Assembly: GCA_017405875.1 (NCBI GenBank)
Contig: JAFQZM010000013.1
Span: 1,709 to 65,708, forward strand
DNA: 64,000 nt
DNA from: a bacterium
Lineage (GTDB): Bacteria > UBP6 > UBA1177
Direction of reading: 5' to 3'
Shown here: piece by piece, positions 36,300 through 45,810 of the stretch
How positions within the stretch are numbered: the stretch's first letter is position 1
Layout: each line of letters opens with the position of its first letter
Notes under the pieces: model-generated
What the model was told of the DNA's origin: nothing
Databases searched by the model: none
Seen by the model: the letters and a program-made list of their open reading frames with translations, nothing else
Translations under genes and position numbers: made by a program

Positions 36300-37510
36300 A
36301 AATTTTACATATTAACACTTCTTACGACAAAGGTGGAGCCGCATTGCTTATGAGGGCTCTTGCAAAAAATATTGTACAAAATCAAGATGTTGAGCAACTT
36401 TTTATAGTTAAAGGATCTACTAAAGAAAAAACTAGGGACATCTTTCAGGCAAAAGATGTCTCTAATGTTTTGGGTTATCAAAAACTTTCGCGTATTGCAT
36501 CAGAATATGGTTTTTTATACCAATTTCTACCACTTGAGACGCATTTTATTTTGAAAAAAATGCACGAAACAGCTCCCGATCTGATTCATATTCACAATAT
36601 TCACGGGGGATATTTTCAAACCAATCTGCTCCCCAAACTTTCAAAAATCGCGCCCATAGTTTGGACATTTCACGATATGTTCCCGATAACAGGGCATTGC
36701 GCATACTCTTTTGAGTGTGAAAAATGGAAAACCGGATGCGGAAACTGCGAAAGGTTGGATATTTATCCATCGATCAAAAAAGACCGCACAAAATTTTTGT
36801 GGAATTATAAAAACAATATCTTCAATTCAGCCGATTTCACTATCGTTACCCCGTCGCTCTGGCTGAAAAAATGTGTCGAGCAGAGTTTTTTGAAAAATAA
36901 GGATATCCGCCTAATCTACAATGGAATTGATTTGGAAACCTTCAAAAAAACGGACAAATATCAAGCAAGAAAAACGCTCAAACTGCCGGAAAATAAAAAA
37001 ATCGTTCTCTTTTCGGCAAATGGCGGAATCAAAAACCCTTTCAAAGGCGGAGAATTTGTCTTTCATACATTTGAAAAACTGAAAAACCGCAATGATATTC
37101 TATTCTTAAACATTGGCGGAAAAAACGAAGAAAAGCCCGAAAACTGGCTTGATTTCGATTATGTCAAAGATTCTCAAATCATGGCAAAACTCTATTCTGC
37201 CGCAGATATTTATCTTTTCCCCACTTTGGTGGACAACTGCCCCTTGACCGCCATAGAATCACTTGCCTGCGGTCTTCCTGTTATCACTTTTGAAACAGGC
37301 GGGGTGCCTGAAATCGTTGAAAACAATAAAACCGGTTTTGTTGTTGAATATAAAAAAGGAGGAATGCTAACAAACGCACTTGCAAAACTTTTGGATGACA
37401 ATGATTTAAGACAAAAAATGGCTGAAAACGCAGTTGAAGCAAGCAAAAAATTTTCTTCCGAACGAATGGCACTAGAATACTTGAAGCTTTATGAGGAACT
37501 TTTGCAATGA
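36296..37510 (+). CDS. GT4-family (GT-B) glycosyltransferase
   Basis: MKILHINTSYDKGGAALL...; C-terminal FPTLVDNCPLTAIESLACGLPVITFETGGVPEIV (E-x7-E-like region). Paralog of 40151-41362. Confidence 0.9.
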   Translation: MKILHINTSYDKGGAALLMRALAKNIVQNQDVEQLFIVKGSTKEKTRDIFQAKDVSNVLGYQKLSRIASEYGFLYQFLPLETHFILKKMHETAPDLIHIHNIHGGYFQTNLLPKLSKIAPIVWTFHDMFPITGHCAYSFECEKWKTGCGNCERLDIYPSIKKDRTKFLWNYKNNIFNSADFTIVTPSLWLKKCVEQSFLKNKDIRLIYNGIDLETFKKTDKYQARKTLKLPENKKIVLFSANGGIKNPFKGGEFVFHTFEKLKNRNDILFLNIGGKNEEKPENWLDFDYVKDSQIMAKLYSAADIYLFPTLVDNCPLTAIESLACGLPVITFETGGVPEIVENNKTGFVVEYKKGGMLTNALAKLLDDNDLRQKMAENAVEASKKFSSERMALEYLKLYEELLQ

Positions 37511-38313
37511 AAGTCTCGATAATCACAGTCTGTAAAAACGCTGAAAGCGCGATAGAAAGAACAATTTTGAGCGTTGTGACTCAAAATTGCTTCTCTGAAA
37601 ATATTGAGTATTTGATTATTGACGGAGCTTCCACCGACAAAACAGTCGAAATCATTAAACAATATGCCGACAAATATCCGATAAAATGGATAAGTGAGCC
37701 TGATTCCGGAATTTATAACGCAATGAATAAAGGAATAAAATTGGCAACTGGAGATTATCTCCTTTTCCTCAATGCCGGAGATTATCTCATCCACTATAAT
37801 GTCGTAAAATCATTAACGAATTTGTTTGAGAGCGGCACATTCGACTTGATCCACGGAAACACTTTTTGTGTGGATCCCGAAACTGAAAAATATGCCGTAA
37901 AAGCAGTCCCCGAAACACCTGAAGTAGATTTTTTCTATCTGGATACCCTTCCCCACCAGGCAACATTTTATAAAAAAGAGGTCTTCGAAAAATTCGGCGG
38001 TTATGAGGAGAATTTCAAAATCATTTCAGACAATATCCTTAATAAAAAGTTGATCTGCGATTACCATGTTTCCGCAAAACACGTGGATCAAGTGATTTCA
38101 GTCTTTGTAAGTGACGGAATAAGTTTCACAAACACCAAACTTGATCTGGAAGAAAGAAAGACTTTCCAGAAAAACTATTTCAGCGAGGAAGAGATAAAGC
38201 AGATAAAGGCAAAACACATAGTTCTGCCAAGCAAAAAAAAGAAATCCCTGCCTCGATTCTTGGCGAAAATTTTAATAAAAATACGCACTTTACGAAATAA
38301 TAGCGGAGAATGA
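37507..38313 (+). CDS. GT2-family glycosyltransferase (paralog of 31357-32169)
   Basis: MKVSIITVCKNAESAIERTILSVVTQ...; 4 bp overlap with the upstream GT4. Confidence 0.85.
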   Translation: MKVSIITVCKNAESAIERTILSVVTQNCFSENIEYLIIDGASTDKTVEIIKQYADKYPIKWISEPDSGIYNAMNKGIKLATGDYLLFLNAGDYLIHYNVVKSLTNLFESGTFDLIHGNTFCVDPETEKYAVKAVPETPEVDFFYLDTLPHQATFYKKEVFEKFGGYEENFKIISDNILNKKLICDYHVSAKHVDQVISVFVSDGISFTNTKLDLEERKTFQKNYFSEEEIKQIKAKHIVLPSKKKKSLPRFLAKILIKIRTLRNNSGE

Positions 38314-38314
38314 T

Positions 38315-39238
38315 TTGCCTATAGAGTTTTCAATCATAGTCTGCACCTACAACAGGGCATCAATGCTTGCCGACTGCATTGATTCTCTCCTTAACCAAAC
38401 TGCAGATAAAAACCGCTTTGAAATAATAATCGTTGACAACAATTCAACTGACAATACCGAAGAAATTGCAAAAGAATTGGTCAAAAACCATAACAATATC
38501 AAGTGCTTTAAAGAACCGATTGCTGGCTATTCCGCTCCCAGAAACTGCGGTTGGAAGAACGCAACAGGCAACATAGTTGCCTATATCGATGATGACGAGA
38601 TCGCCTCTCCATACTGGCTCGAAAGCATTGAAAAGGCTTTTCAAATAGAAAAAAAACCTGATATTGTCGGCGGAATTTGTCTGCCAAAATATGATGCGGC
38701 CCCACCTGATTGGTTTACCGAATCAATGGGAGGAACCAACAGAAACCGGCAAAAAGGGATATTAAATCAACGAAATGATTCGTATCTTGGTTGCGGCAAT
38801 ATCGCGTTCAAAAAAGAAGTTTTGGAACAATTGAACGGATTTTCCAATGATTTCGACATGAAGAATGGTTTTCTCATGATGGGCGAAGACACAGATATAT
38901 GCCAAAGAGCAATGAAAGCGGGATTCCAACTTTACTACGATTCTGACATAAAAATCTATCACCGAATGAATCAAAACAACTACGATATTGAAGTTAGAAA
39001 ACAAAAAGCTGAAAAAACCGGAATGACCGCAAGATTCATCTTCGGCAGAAAACCATTTTTCAGCCATTATTTCAAATACTTAACTTACTTCTCAATGATT
39101 TTGGCTGATACACTAAACGACATTTTTTCTAAAAAGATAACAACTAAATCCGTCATTCTCAAAGAAAAGATCGCATACCGAAAAGGCTATTTTGAAATGG
39201 ATCAAAAGTTGAAAACTCAGGAGCAAAAAAATGACTGA
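38315..39238 (+). CDS. GT2-family glycosyltransferase
   Basis: FSIIVCTYNRASMLADCIDSLLNQT...IIVDNNSTDNT...YIDDDE. Confidence 0.85.
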   Translation: MPIEFSIIVCTYNRASMLADCIDSLLNQTADKNRFEIIIVDNNSTDNTEEIAKELVKNHNNIKCFKEPIAGYSAPRNCGWKNATGNIVAYIDDDEIASPYWLESIEKAFQIEKKPDIVGGICLPKYDAAPPDWFTESMGGTNRNRQKGILNQRNDSYLGCGNIAFKKEVLEQLNGFSNDFDMKNGFLMMGEDTDICQRAMKAGFQLYYDSDIKIYHRMNQNNYDIEVRKQKAEKTGMTARFIFGRKPFFSHYFKYLTYFSMILADTLNDIFSKKITTKSVILKEKIAYRKGYFEMDQKLKTQEQKND

Positions 39239-40154
39239 CCTCGCCCCGATAATTTTATTCGTCTACAATCGGCCGAAACACACTGAAACTGTGCTTAACG
39301 CGCTGAAAAAAAACTCTCTCGCAAAAGATTCAATTCTTTATGTTTTTTCCGATGCCGCGAAAAAGGAAAAAGACTTTGAAAATGTGAATAAAGTTCGCGA
39401 GATCATTAGTAAAGTCAGCGGTTTTAAAGAAGTTGTCGTGACTGAGGCCGAAACGAACATAGGATGTGCCGATTCAATAACATCCGGCATCACAAAAGTG
39501 ATAAACGAGCACGGAAAAGCGATAATCGTTGAGGATGACATCCTCACCGCACCAAACTTCCTCGAATTCATGAATGAAGCACTGAACAGATACGAAAGCG
39601 ATAAGCGGATATACTCAGTTTCAGGCTTTGTTCCCAACGAAAAAATGGCAGAAATATGCAAAGATTTTCTGTTTTTAGCTTACCGCAACTCAAGCTGGGG
39701 CTGGGGAACATGGGCCGATCAATGGAACGATGTCGACTGGGACATGCTGCTATGGGAAAAGATAAAAAAAGACAAAAATCTTTGGAAAAAACTCCAACGC
39801 GGAGGAGAAGATGCGCCATATTTGCTGAAATTGCAGATGGAAGGATTTATTGATTCCTGGGCAATCCGGTTTTATGCTGACAATGCTTTGAAGGATAAAT
39901 ATACCGTTTTCCCGACAAAAACTTTTGTCACAAATATTGGTCTTGACGGCAGCGGAACCCATTGCGGAAATGTGAAAAACAACAAATCTTTATTCTCAGA
40001 AAATCTTCCGGCAGTCGATTTCAGTTTTCCCGGAAAATTGGAATTCAACAATGAAATTAACAACTTGTTTGCATCAAACTATAAATACAGCTTGAAAGAT
40101 ATCATCAGGCGCAAGATCAAAAACTGGCTCATAATTTTAAAGAGAAAAGGATGA
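39231..40154 (+). CDS. GnT-I-like (GT-A fold) glycosyltransferase
   Basis: MTDLAPIILFVYNRPKHTETVLNALKKN...IIVEDDILTAP...WGWGTWADQWNDVDW. Confidence 0.75.
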   Translation: MTDLAPIILFVYNRPKHTETVLNALKKNSLAKDSILYVFSDAAKKEKDFENVNKVREIISKVSGFKEVVVTEAETNIGCADSITSGITKVINEHGKAIIVEDDILTAPNFLEFMNEALNRYESDKRIYSVSGFVPNEKMAEICKDFLFLAYRNSSWGWGTWADQWNDVDWDMLLWEKIKKDKNLWKKLQRGGEDAPYLLKLQMEGFIDSWAIRFYADNALKDKYTVFPTKTFVTNIGLDGSGTHCGNVKNNKSLFSENLPAVDFSFPGKLEFNNEINNLFASNYKYSLKDIIRRKIKNWLIILKRKG

Positions 40155-41362
40155 AAATTCTTTTTATAAATACTGCAGATATTACCGGTGGAGCAGCACT
40201 GCTTGCCGACAGTCTGGCGGAATCTCTTTCCAGCAGATACGGTGTTGAAACATCGTTTCTGGTTTCAGAAAAATTTTCCAATAAAAAAAATGTCATTCAG
40301 ACCAGATCAAAACCTCTTTGGTTTATGGAAAAATGTTTTGACAAGTTTTTGAATTTATTCGGTTTTCAATATTGTTTTATACCGTTGTCATCGAATAAAA
40401 TCTTGAAAGAAGCTAAAAAAACCGCTCCCGATATCATTCATATTCACAATATTCATGGTGGATATTTTCAAACAAATTTACTACCCAAACTTGCCGAAAT
40501 TGCTCCCATCGTCTGGACTTTTCATGACATGTTCCCGATAACTGGTCACTGTACACACTCTTTTGAGTGCGAAAAGTGGAAAACCGGTTGCGGAAACTGC
40601 AAAAGATTGGATATTTATCCTTCAATCAAAAAAGACAGAACAAACGCTCTTTGGAATTACAAAAATAAAGTCTTCAACTCTGCTGATTTTACGATCGTTA
40701 CCCCTTCACTCTGGCTGAAAAAATGCGTTGAGCAGAGTTTTTTGAAAAATAAGGATATCCGCCTCATCTATAACGGAATTGATTTGGAAACCTTCAAAAG
40801 AACAGATAAACAGGAAGCAAGAAAAGCACTTAAACTGCCTGAAAATAAAAAAATTATCCTTTTTTCCGCAAACGGCGGAATCAAGAATCCATTCAAGGGC
40901 GGAAAATTTGTTTTCCAAGCTTTTGAAAAATTGAAAAACCGTAGTGATATTTTGTTCTTAAATATTGGCGGAGACAGCAATCAAACTTCTGAAAACTGGC
41001 TTGATTTCGGATACGTCAAAGAAACAAAAACCATGGCGATGCTTTATTCCGCAGCAGATGTTTATTTTTTTCCGACTTTGGCTGAGACTTTCGGAATGAC
41101 CATTGTCGAAGCAATGTCGTGCGGGCTCCCAGTTGTAACTTTTGAAACAGGCGGAGTCCCCGAAATAGTTGAGAACAATAAAACCGGATTCGTTGTTGAA
41201 TACAAAAACGGAGAAATGCTTACATCCGCACTCGAAAAACTTCTTGATGATGACAGTTTAAGAGAAAAAATGTCAGAAAATACGGTTGAAGCAGGCAAAA
41301 AATTCTCTTCAGAAAGAATGACTACAGAATATTTGCGGCTTTACGATGAACTTTTAAAATGA
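40151..41362 (+). CDS. GT4-family (GT-B) glycosyltransferase (paralog of 36296-37510)
   Basis: Long stretches >90% nt-identical to 36296-37510 (e.g. CTCTGGCTGAAAAAATG.GT.GAGCAGAGTTTTTTGAAAAATAAGGATATCCGCCT). Confidence 0.9.
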   Translation: MKILFINTADITGGAALLADSLAESLSSRYGVETSFLVSEKFSNKKNVIQTRSKPLWFMEKCFDKFLNLFGFQYCFIPLSSNKILKEAKKTAPDIIHIHNIHGGYFQTNLLPKLAEIAPIVWTFHDMFPITGHCTHSFECEKWKTGCGNCKRLDIYPSIKKDRTNALWNYKNKVFNSADFTIVTPSLWLKKCVEQSFLKNKDIRLIYNGIDLETFKRTDKQEARKALKLPENKKIILFSANGGIKNPFKGGKFVFQAFEKLKNRSDILFLNIGGDSNQTSENWLDFGYVKETKTMAMLYSAADVYFFPTLAETFGMTIVEAMSCGLPVVTFETGGVPEIVENNKTGFVVEYKNGEMLTSALEKLLDDDSLREKMSENTVEAGKKFSSERMTTEYLRLYDELLK

Positions 41363-42582
41363 ATACCGAAACAAAAGAACTGAAATTTTTTTATATCGGA
41401 TCTTTTCTGATTTCTTTACTATCCTCATATTTTATCTGGCTCCAAACATCAAAATACGGAGTTGATTTATCTCCTGACTCAATTGTTTATATGAAATGGG
41501 CTCAAAATATTTTAGATAATGGTTTGGGTTTTATTATAAGCAACAACGATGCTAAATGGCCTCCTTTGTATCCGCTTATAATTGCTGTTTTTTCAAAAAT
41601 ATCCCATGCTGACATTGTATCTGTTGCAAGACACTTCAGTTGTTGCTTGATATTTTTCACCTGTTTTTTATTAACATTATTATTGAAAAAATTATCAGGG
41701 AAACGATTTGTTTCTGCTATAGCATTTGGACTATTTATACCTTTTTCTATACCGCTTAATCTTGTCTATTCTTTTGCTTGGAGCGAACCTTTATTTATTT
41801 TTCTTTTAATACTTATTGCCTTTTCTATTGAAAAAACGACCTATAGCCGGCTAGTTCTATGCGGTTTTCTAAGTGCATCAGCAATACTTACCAGATATGC
41901 AGGGGTCACAATAGTTCCGGCAGTATGTTTGCTAATTTTCATTCAAAAAAGCAGCTTGACAGACAAAATAAAAAAATGTTTTTGTTATGCAATAATTCCC
42001 ACATTAATTTACATAACCTATATTTTTAGAAATTACTATTTTACAAAAACATTAATGGGACCGAGAGTCGCCTCAAGCACCGGATTAATTTTAAATGCCA
42101 CAAGAGCCTGTGCAACAATTGCTCTTTGGTTTTCAGGCAAAAATTTTTTTGTAGCCACGCTTTTTATTTTGATTTTTATTATAGTTATTTTAAATCACAA
42201 AAAACAGATCCCATCATACTTTGTTAAATGTTCAAGCATAGCGATTTTTTCGATAAGTTTTTTGGTAATTTATTTCATTTTTATTGTAATATCTTCAACA
42301 ACCACTGCTTATGATCCAATAGATGTCAGACTTATGTCACCTGCATTCCCATTTATACTAATCACATTATTTTCAGCATTTGTTTCGATGGATTTGTTAC
42401 AGCAAAAAACAAAATTTTATTACGCTGGACTCTTACTATATTTATTTCTAATATCAATATCTGTCGTAACAACCATAGAAGATTTAGAATATAGAAAAAA
42501 CCACGGAACATACGGATATAATTCTGTTTCCTGGCAAGAAAACAAACTTATCCTATATTTATTCAGTCTTCGGACCCAGTAA
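41359..42582 (+). CDS. Polytopic membrane protein, GT-C (GT39/83 ArnT/PMT-like) candidate
   Basis: 407 aa with ~11 TM helices and an N-proximal loop ...DAKWPPLYPL... reminiscent of the ArnT/PMT family. Confidence 0.45.
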   Translation: MNTETKELKFFYIGSFLISLLSSYFIWLQTSKYGVDLSPDSIVYMKWAQNILDNGLGFIISNNDAKWPPLYPLIIAVFSKISHADIVSVARHFSCCLIFFTCFLLTLLLKKLSGKRFVSAIAFGLFIPFSIPLNLVYSFAWSEPLFIFLLILIAFSIEKTTYSRLVLCGFLSASAILTRYAGVTIVPAVCLLIFIQKSSLTDKIKKCFCYAIIPTLIYITYIFRNYYFTKTLMGPRVASSTGLILNATRACATIALWFSGKNFFVATLFILIFIIVILNHKKQIPSYFVKCSSIAIFSISFLVIYFIFIVISSTTTAYDPIDVRLMSPAFPFILITLFSAFVSMDLLQQKTKFYYAGLLLYLFLISISVVTTIEDLEYRKNHGTYGYNSVSWQENKLILYLFSLRTQ

Positions 42583-42882
42583 TTTCAAACGATCCTTTCG
42601 CCTTATTTATAGTTAATAAAAAAATTTATGCCGACTCAGCATATCAAAGTTCAACCTCAATATGTCAAAAATTTGGAGGGTATTTTTTTGTCTTTTTTTA
42701 TATTCCGACATCATCACCTTTAGAAAGATTATTTTCTGAGTGTGAAATGGAAACAATTACAAAAACATCAGACGGATCCCTTTTTAGAATCACTAACCCC
42801 AAGCAATAAAGTAATTAATTTGGGAAAATAGAAAATAATGGAAAAAACGTGTTTTCCAACTTTTCAATATTTCGGTCTTATT

Positions 42883-43808
42883 TTACAGATTCGATTCCGA
42901 CTCTTCTTCACGGCTCACTACCGAGCATCTTTTTTTGACCAACTCAAAAAACGGTTCCGTCAGATCTTCCAAAAAATACTCAACAAACTCACGGTCTATT
43001 TTTTTTGCAACCTCGACACTCCGTTCGATCATTCTGCGTGCAGCTTTTTCATTCAAACCCAAATTTTCCTCTTTTTTCCGTTCAGAGTTAACGCCGTCTC
43101 CTCCGTATCCGCCGGATTGACGATCTGAACAGAAAGAAGATCGTAGGCGGCAGAAAGCACAAAAATCGAATCCCCGCTCTCGATCAGTGAAAAGTTTTTC
43201 AAATGCATATCGTTGTTGCCGATTATAAAACAAAAAAGCAAGCGGTTGAAAAAATCACTTTTGTCTGCAACCGGCATTGCTGAATATTTTGAAATAATTT
43301 TGCCGCACTGTTCATAAGAACCCTTGTATTTGTCTTCCGTCAGACGTTCACCGAGCTGACAGAAATCCTCCATGGCAATTTTTTCATCGGTTCGGTCTAT
43401 CCGTTTGGCAATATAGGCCAGGCTGCCGTCAGCCATTTGAAAAAGCGCGTTAGGCACTGTTTTGATCTTCCACAACTCAGCAAGTTTCATTGCAACGAAC
43501 TCGCTTTGAGGCAGCTTCTGAAACTCGCTGCTTTCCGGTTTCAAAATGTAGCCTGCAGGATACCCCACAAGAGTAAGACGCGATCTTCCTGCCGAAGATT
43601 CAAGGTGAAGAGAGAGCTTCTTTTGCACTCCGGCGACCGTTTTACCGATTTTTACCGATCTTTCAGCGAGATCTTCAAGATTTTCCTTTTTGAGTTCGAT
43701 AGCCGGTAGCTCTTTTGTACCGAAAAATCTTTTGATGCAGCTCAAATGATAATGCGAATTCGTATCCTCAAGTAGTTTTCCGCAACAAAGGCAACGGTTC
43801 TTATTCAT
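42883..43808 (-). pseudogene. HipT/HipA-like Ser/Thr kinase toxin lacking the HipA N-subdomain; reading frame interrupted in an A6/T6 homopolymer near 43072-43090
   Basis: Frame 1 (43053-43808): MNKNRCLCCGKLLED... with the HipA_C catalytic core CFIIGNNDMHLKNFSLIESGDSIFVLSAAYDLLS...LTLNGKKRK. The C-terminal remainder continues in another frame (ORF 42883-43233: ...NLGLNEKAARRMIERSVEVAKK...). Strong RBS CGGAGGGAAAAC. Confidence 0.55.
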
Positions 43809-44145
43809 GTTTTCCCTCCGTATTTTCCGGGACAACGCTAACCGCACCGATGCAGTCCCTGCAGGCCGCAAGAAGGATCCCCATCCGGTCACGAGTATCA
43901 AGTTTCCAGCTTTTCACAGTAACCTCCAAAAGCCAGCCCTCGGGAATAAGCCCGTCGAAAAAAGGAAAAAGCGTCTTTGAAAAATAAGCCTCCTCTCTAA
44001 GCGGAAGAGTCAGACTGACAGCGTGAGATCGCGGACTTTCAAGGAATTTTTTATCGTAGACGAACTCATATCCCCTCTCTGTCTCCGAGATCACACCCGC
44101 TTTTTTATCCTTGAAAAAAACTGTTCCGCGACGAAATTCACTCAT
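43801..44145 (-). CDS. HipS-like protein (stand-alone homolog of the HipA N-terminal subdomain)
   Basis: 114 aa: MSEFRRGTVFFKDKKAGVISETERGYEFVYDKKF...SLTLPL...FFDGLIPEGW parallels the HipA N-terminus (...FKYAPEWL...LSLSLPL...FFDNLLPD). Overlaps the hipB-like stop (ATGA) and the kinase start. Confidence 0.6.
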   Translation of the reverse strand: MSEFRRGTVFFKDKKAGVISETERGYEFVYDKKFLESPRSHAVSLTLPLREEAYFSKTLFPFFDGLIPEGWLLEVTVKSWKLDTRDRMGILLAACRDCIGAVSVVPENTEGKHE

Positions 44146-44366
44146 TTTTTATCTTCCTCTTCATTTTTCCGTTCGATCCTGACCACACCGAGGCAGCAGC
44201 CGAACATCTCCAGCGCCTGGTTGACTTTATCCGTGCGGCAGCTCTTTTTCCCTTGTTCAAGCTCACGGACAAAGCGCAGCCCCAAGCCCGAACGCAGAGC
44301 AAATTCCTCTTGTGTCAGTCCCGCCTCCTTTCTTTTTCTTTTGAGAAATTCCGAAACCCTTTCCAT
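44142..44366 (-). CDS. HipB-like XRE-family HTH antitoxin/repressor
   Basis: 74 aa; LKRKRKEAGLTQEEFALRSGLGLRFVRELEQGKK is a classic XRE HTH. First gene of a three-gene operon. Confidence 0.7.
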   Translation of the reverse strand: MERVSEFLKRKRKEAGLTQEEFALRSGLGLRFVRELEQGKKSCRTDKVNQALEMFGCCLGVVRIERKNEEEDKK

Positions 44367-44380
44367 TGCACGCCTCTAAC

Positions 44381-44474
44381 ACCCTATCGGGTATAAACTC
44401 ATTAAAAAATATACTTCAACACCCTTTCGGGTATAAAACAGCAACGAAACACATAAATTATACCCTAAAAGGTA
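44381..44474. promoter_or_regulatory. Three palindromic candidate operator sites (ACCCTATCGGGTA, ACCCTTTCGGGTA, TACCCTAAAAGGTA) spaced ~40 bp apart, upstream of the hipB-like gene
   Basis: Read directly; TACCC-N4-GGGTA dyads at 4-helical-turn phasing, analogous to HipB operator arrays. Confidence 0.45.
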
Positions 44475-44505
44475 TTATTTGCAACTATTATTTCCAGATA
44501 TCAGA

Positions 44506-45795
44506 TTATTTTACCGCATTCATTCCGTCTAAAATCGCGTCTTCCATCGCGGAATAGGTCCATTTTCCGTATCTTCCGGCGAGTTTGACGGAGTTTTTTT
44601 CGCACCAGTTTTTGATAAGTTCCATGTCATCGAAATATTCTTTGTGGTAGATGACATATCCGGCATCGATTTTGCGGTAATCCATGAATTCGATGTCGTT
44701 TTCAGTTGAAATGAGTCCCATCGCAAGAAGAAGTTCGATGCTTTTCTGCCTGAATTTTTCGATGTCAATAGTTTCTTCCTGATGAGTGAATTCGATATAG
44801 GCACTTCCCTTGCCCGATGGTGCCAACTTATTGAAAATATTGGAGAAAGATCCAACTCTGTAAGGCATGAACTTTTCTTCGGGAATGTAGAACCAGTGCC
44901 CTTTGTGCCCGCACGGCTTTTTGAAAGCGGCATTGAAATAGCTGACGTGCGCGATCTTCATTCTGCCGGCGATCTCGCATGCCGGAAGCGAATCCGAAGC
45001 GGTCAGAAGTCTCAGAAATCTGTTGAGCGGGATAGTGTTTATGAGTTTTTCATACTCAATTTCAGTGCCGTTGCTCAGTTTCACCAGCTTCTTTGCCGCG
45101 TCGATCGAAACAGGCTCCGTGTTGAAGATGAATTTTTCCTTTTCGCACTGGTCAAAAAGTTTATTCGGCAGCTCTCCGATCCCGTTTTCGGATGGATAGA
45201 AAAACTTTGCGTTGTAACCGATATTTTTCTGTTCCGGTGCGGTTACGGCACCTTCGATCACCTGCTCCAGCGTGGGTTTCGGCACATAGTAGTCGCACCA
45301 GTGGCTCGCGTAATCCTTCGGGTGGACGGTATAGATTTTGGTGTTGTAGGGGATCATGAAGTGCTTCGAAATTCCCTCGCCGAGATAGGCCATGCACCAC
45401 TCGTAGAAGTTCTCCTTCGCTTTAGATTTGTCGTTTTCGTAGTATGCCTTGACGAAACCTAGAACACACTCTTTTATGACCTGCGGCGGCAAGCCGAAAG
45501 TGTTCGACTGGAAGGGATACTGCGTAAAAACACCGTGCGAAAAAACAAAAGTTCTGCGTTCTATTTCAACGAAATTTTCCCCGAGAAGCCGCGTCATCAG
45601 TGAACGAACCTCAGGAGTTTTCACGTGAAACCAATGTCCGGTCTGGTCGAAAATGAAGCCGTTTTTTTTCTCGCTCGTGCAGATCCCGCCGACGCGGTCA
45701 CTTTTCTCGACGACAAGAAAATCTGTTCCTTTCGCGTGGTATGCAGCCGAGAGACCGGTGAGGCCGGCTCCTAAAATAAGTGTATTTGTTTTCAT
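44506..45795 (-). CDS. FAD/NAD(P)-binding oxidoreductase of the amine-oxidase/UDP-galactopyranose-mutase-like superfamily
   Basis: N-terminal dinucleotide-binding motif LILGAGLTGLSAAYHAKGTDFLVVEKSDRVGGIC. Confidence 0.55.
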   Translation of the reverse strand: MKTNTLILGAGLTGLSAAYHAKGTDFLVVEKSDRVGGICTSEKKNGFIFDQTGHWFHVKTPEVRSLMTRLLGENFVEIERRTFVFSHGVFTQYPFQSNTFGLPPQVIKECVLGFVKAYYENDKSKAKENFYEWCMAYLGEGISKHFMIPYNTKIYTVHPKDYASHWCDYYVPKPTLEQVIEGAVTAPEQKNIGYNAKFFYPSENGIGELPNKLFDQCEKEKFIFNTEPVSIDAAKKLVKLSNGTEIEYEKLINTIPLNRFLRLLTASDSLPACEIAGRMKIAHVSYFNAAFKKPCGHKGHWFYIPEEKFMPYRVGSFSNIFNKLAPSGKGSAYIEFTHQEETIDIEKFRQKSIELLLAMGLISTENDIEFMDYRKIDAGYVIYHKEYFDDMELIKNWCEKNSVKLAGRYGKWTYSAMEDAILDGMNAVK

Positions 45796-45810
45796 GACTA
45801 TCTCCTACTT

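Noticed and set aside
42600-42840. Tiny ORFs (20-30 codons) in the AT-rich gap after the glycan locus
   Set aside because: No RBS and no conservation clues; likely non-coding spacer between the glycan locus and the hip operon.
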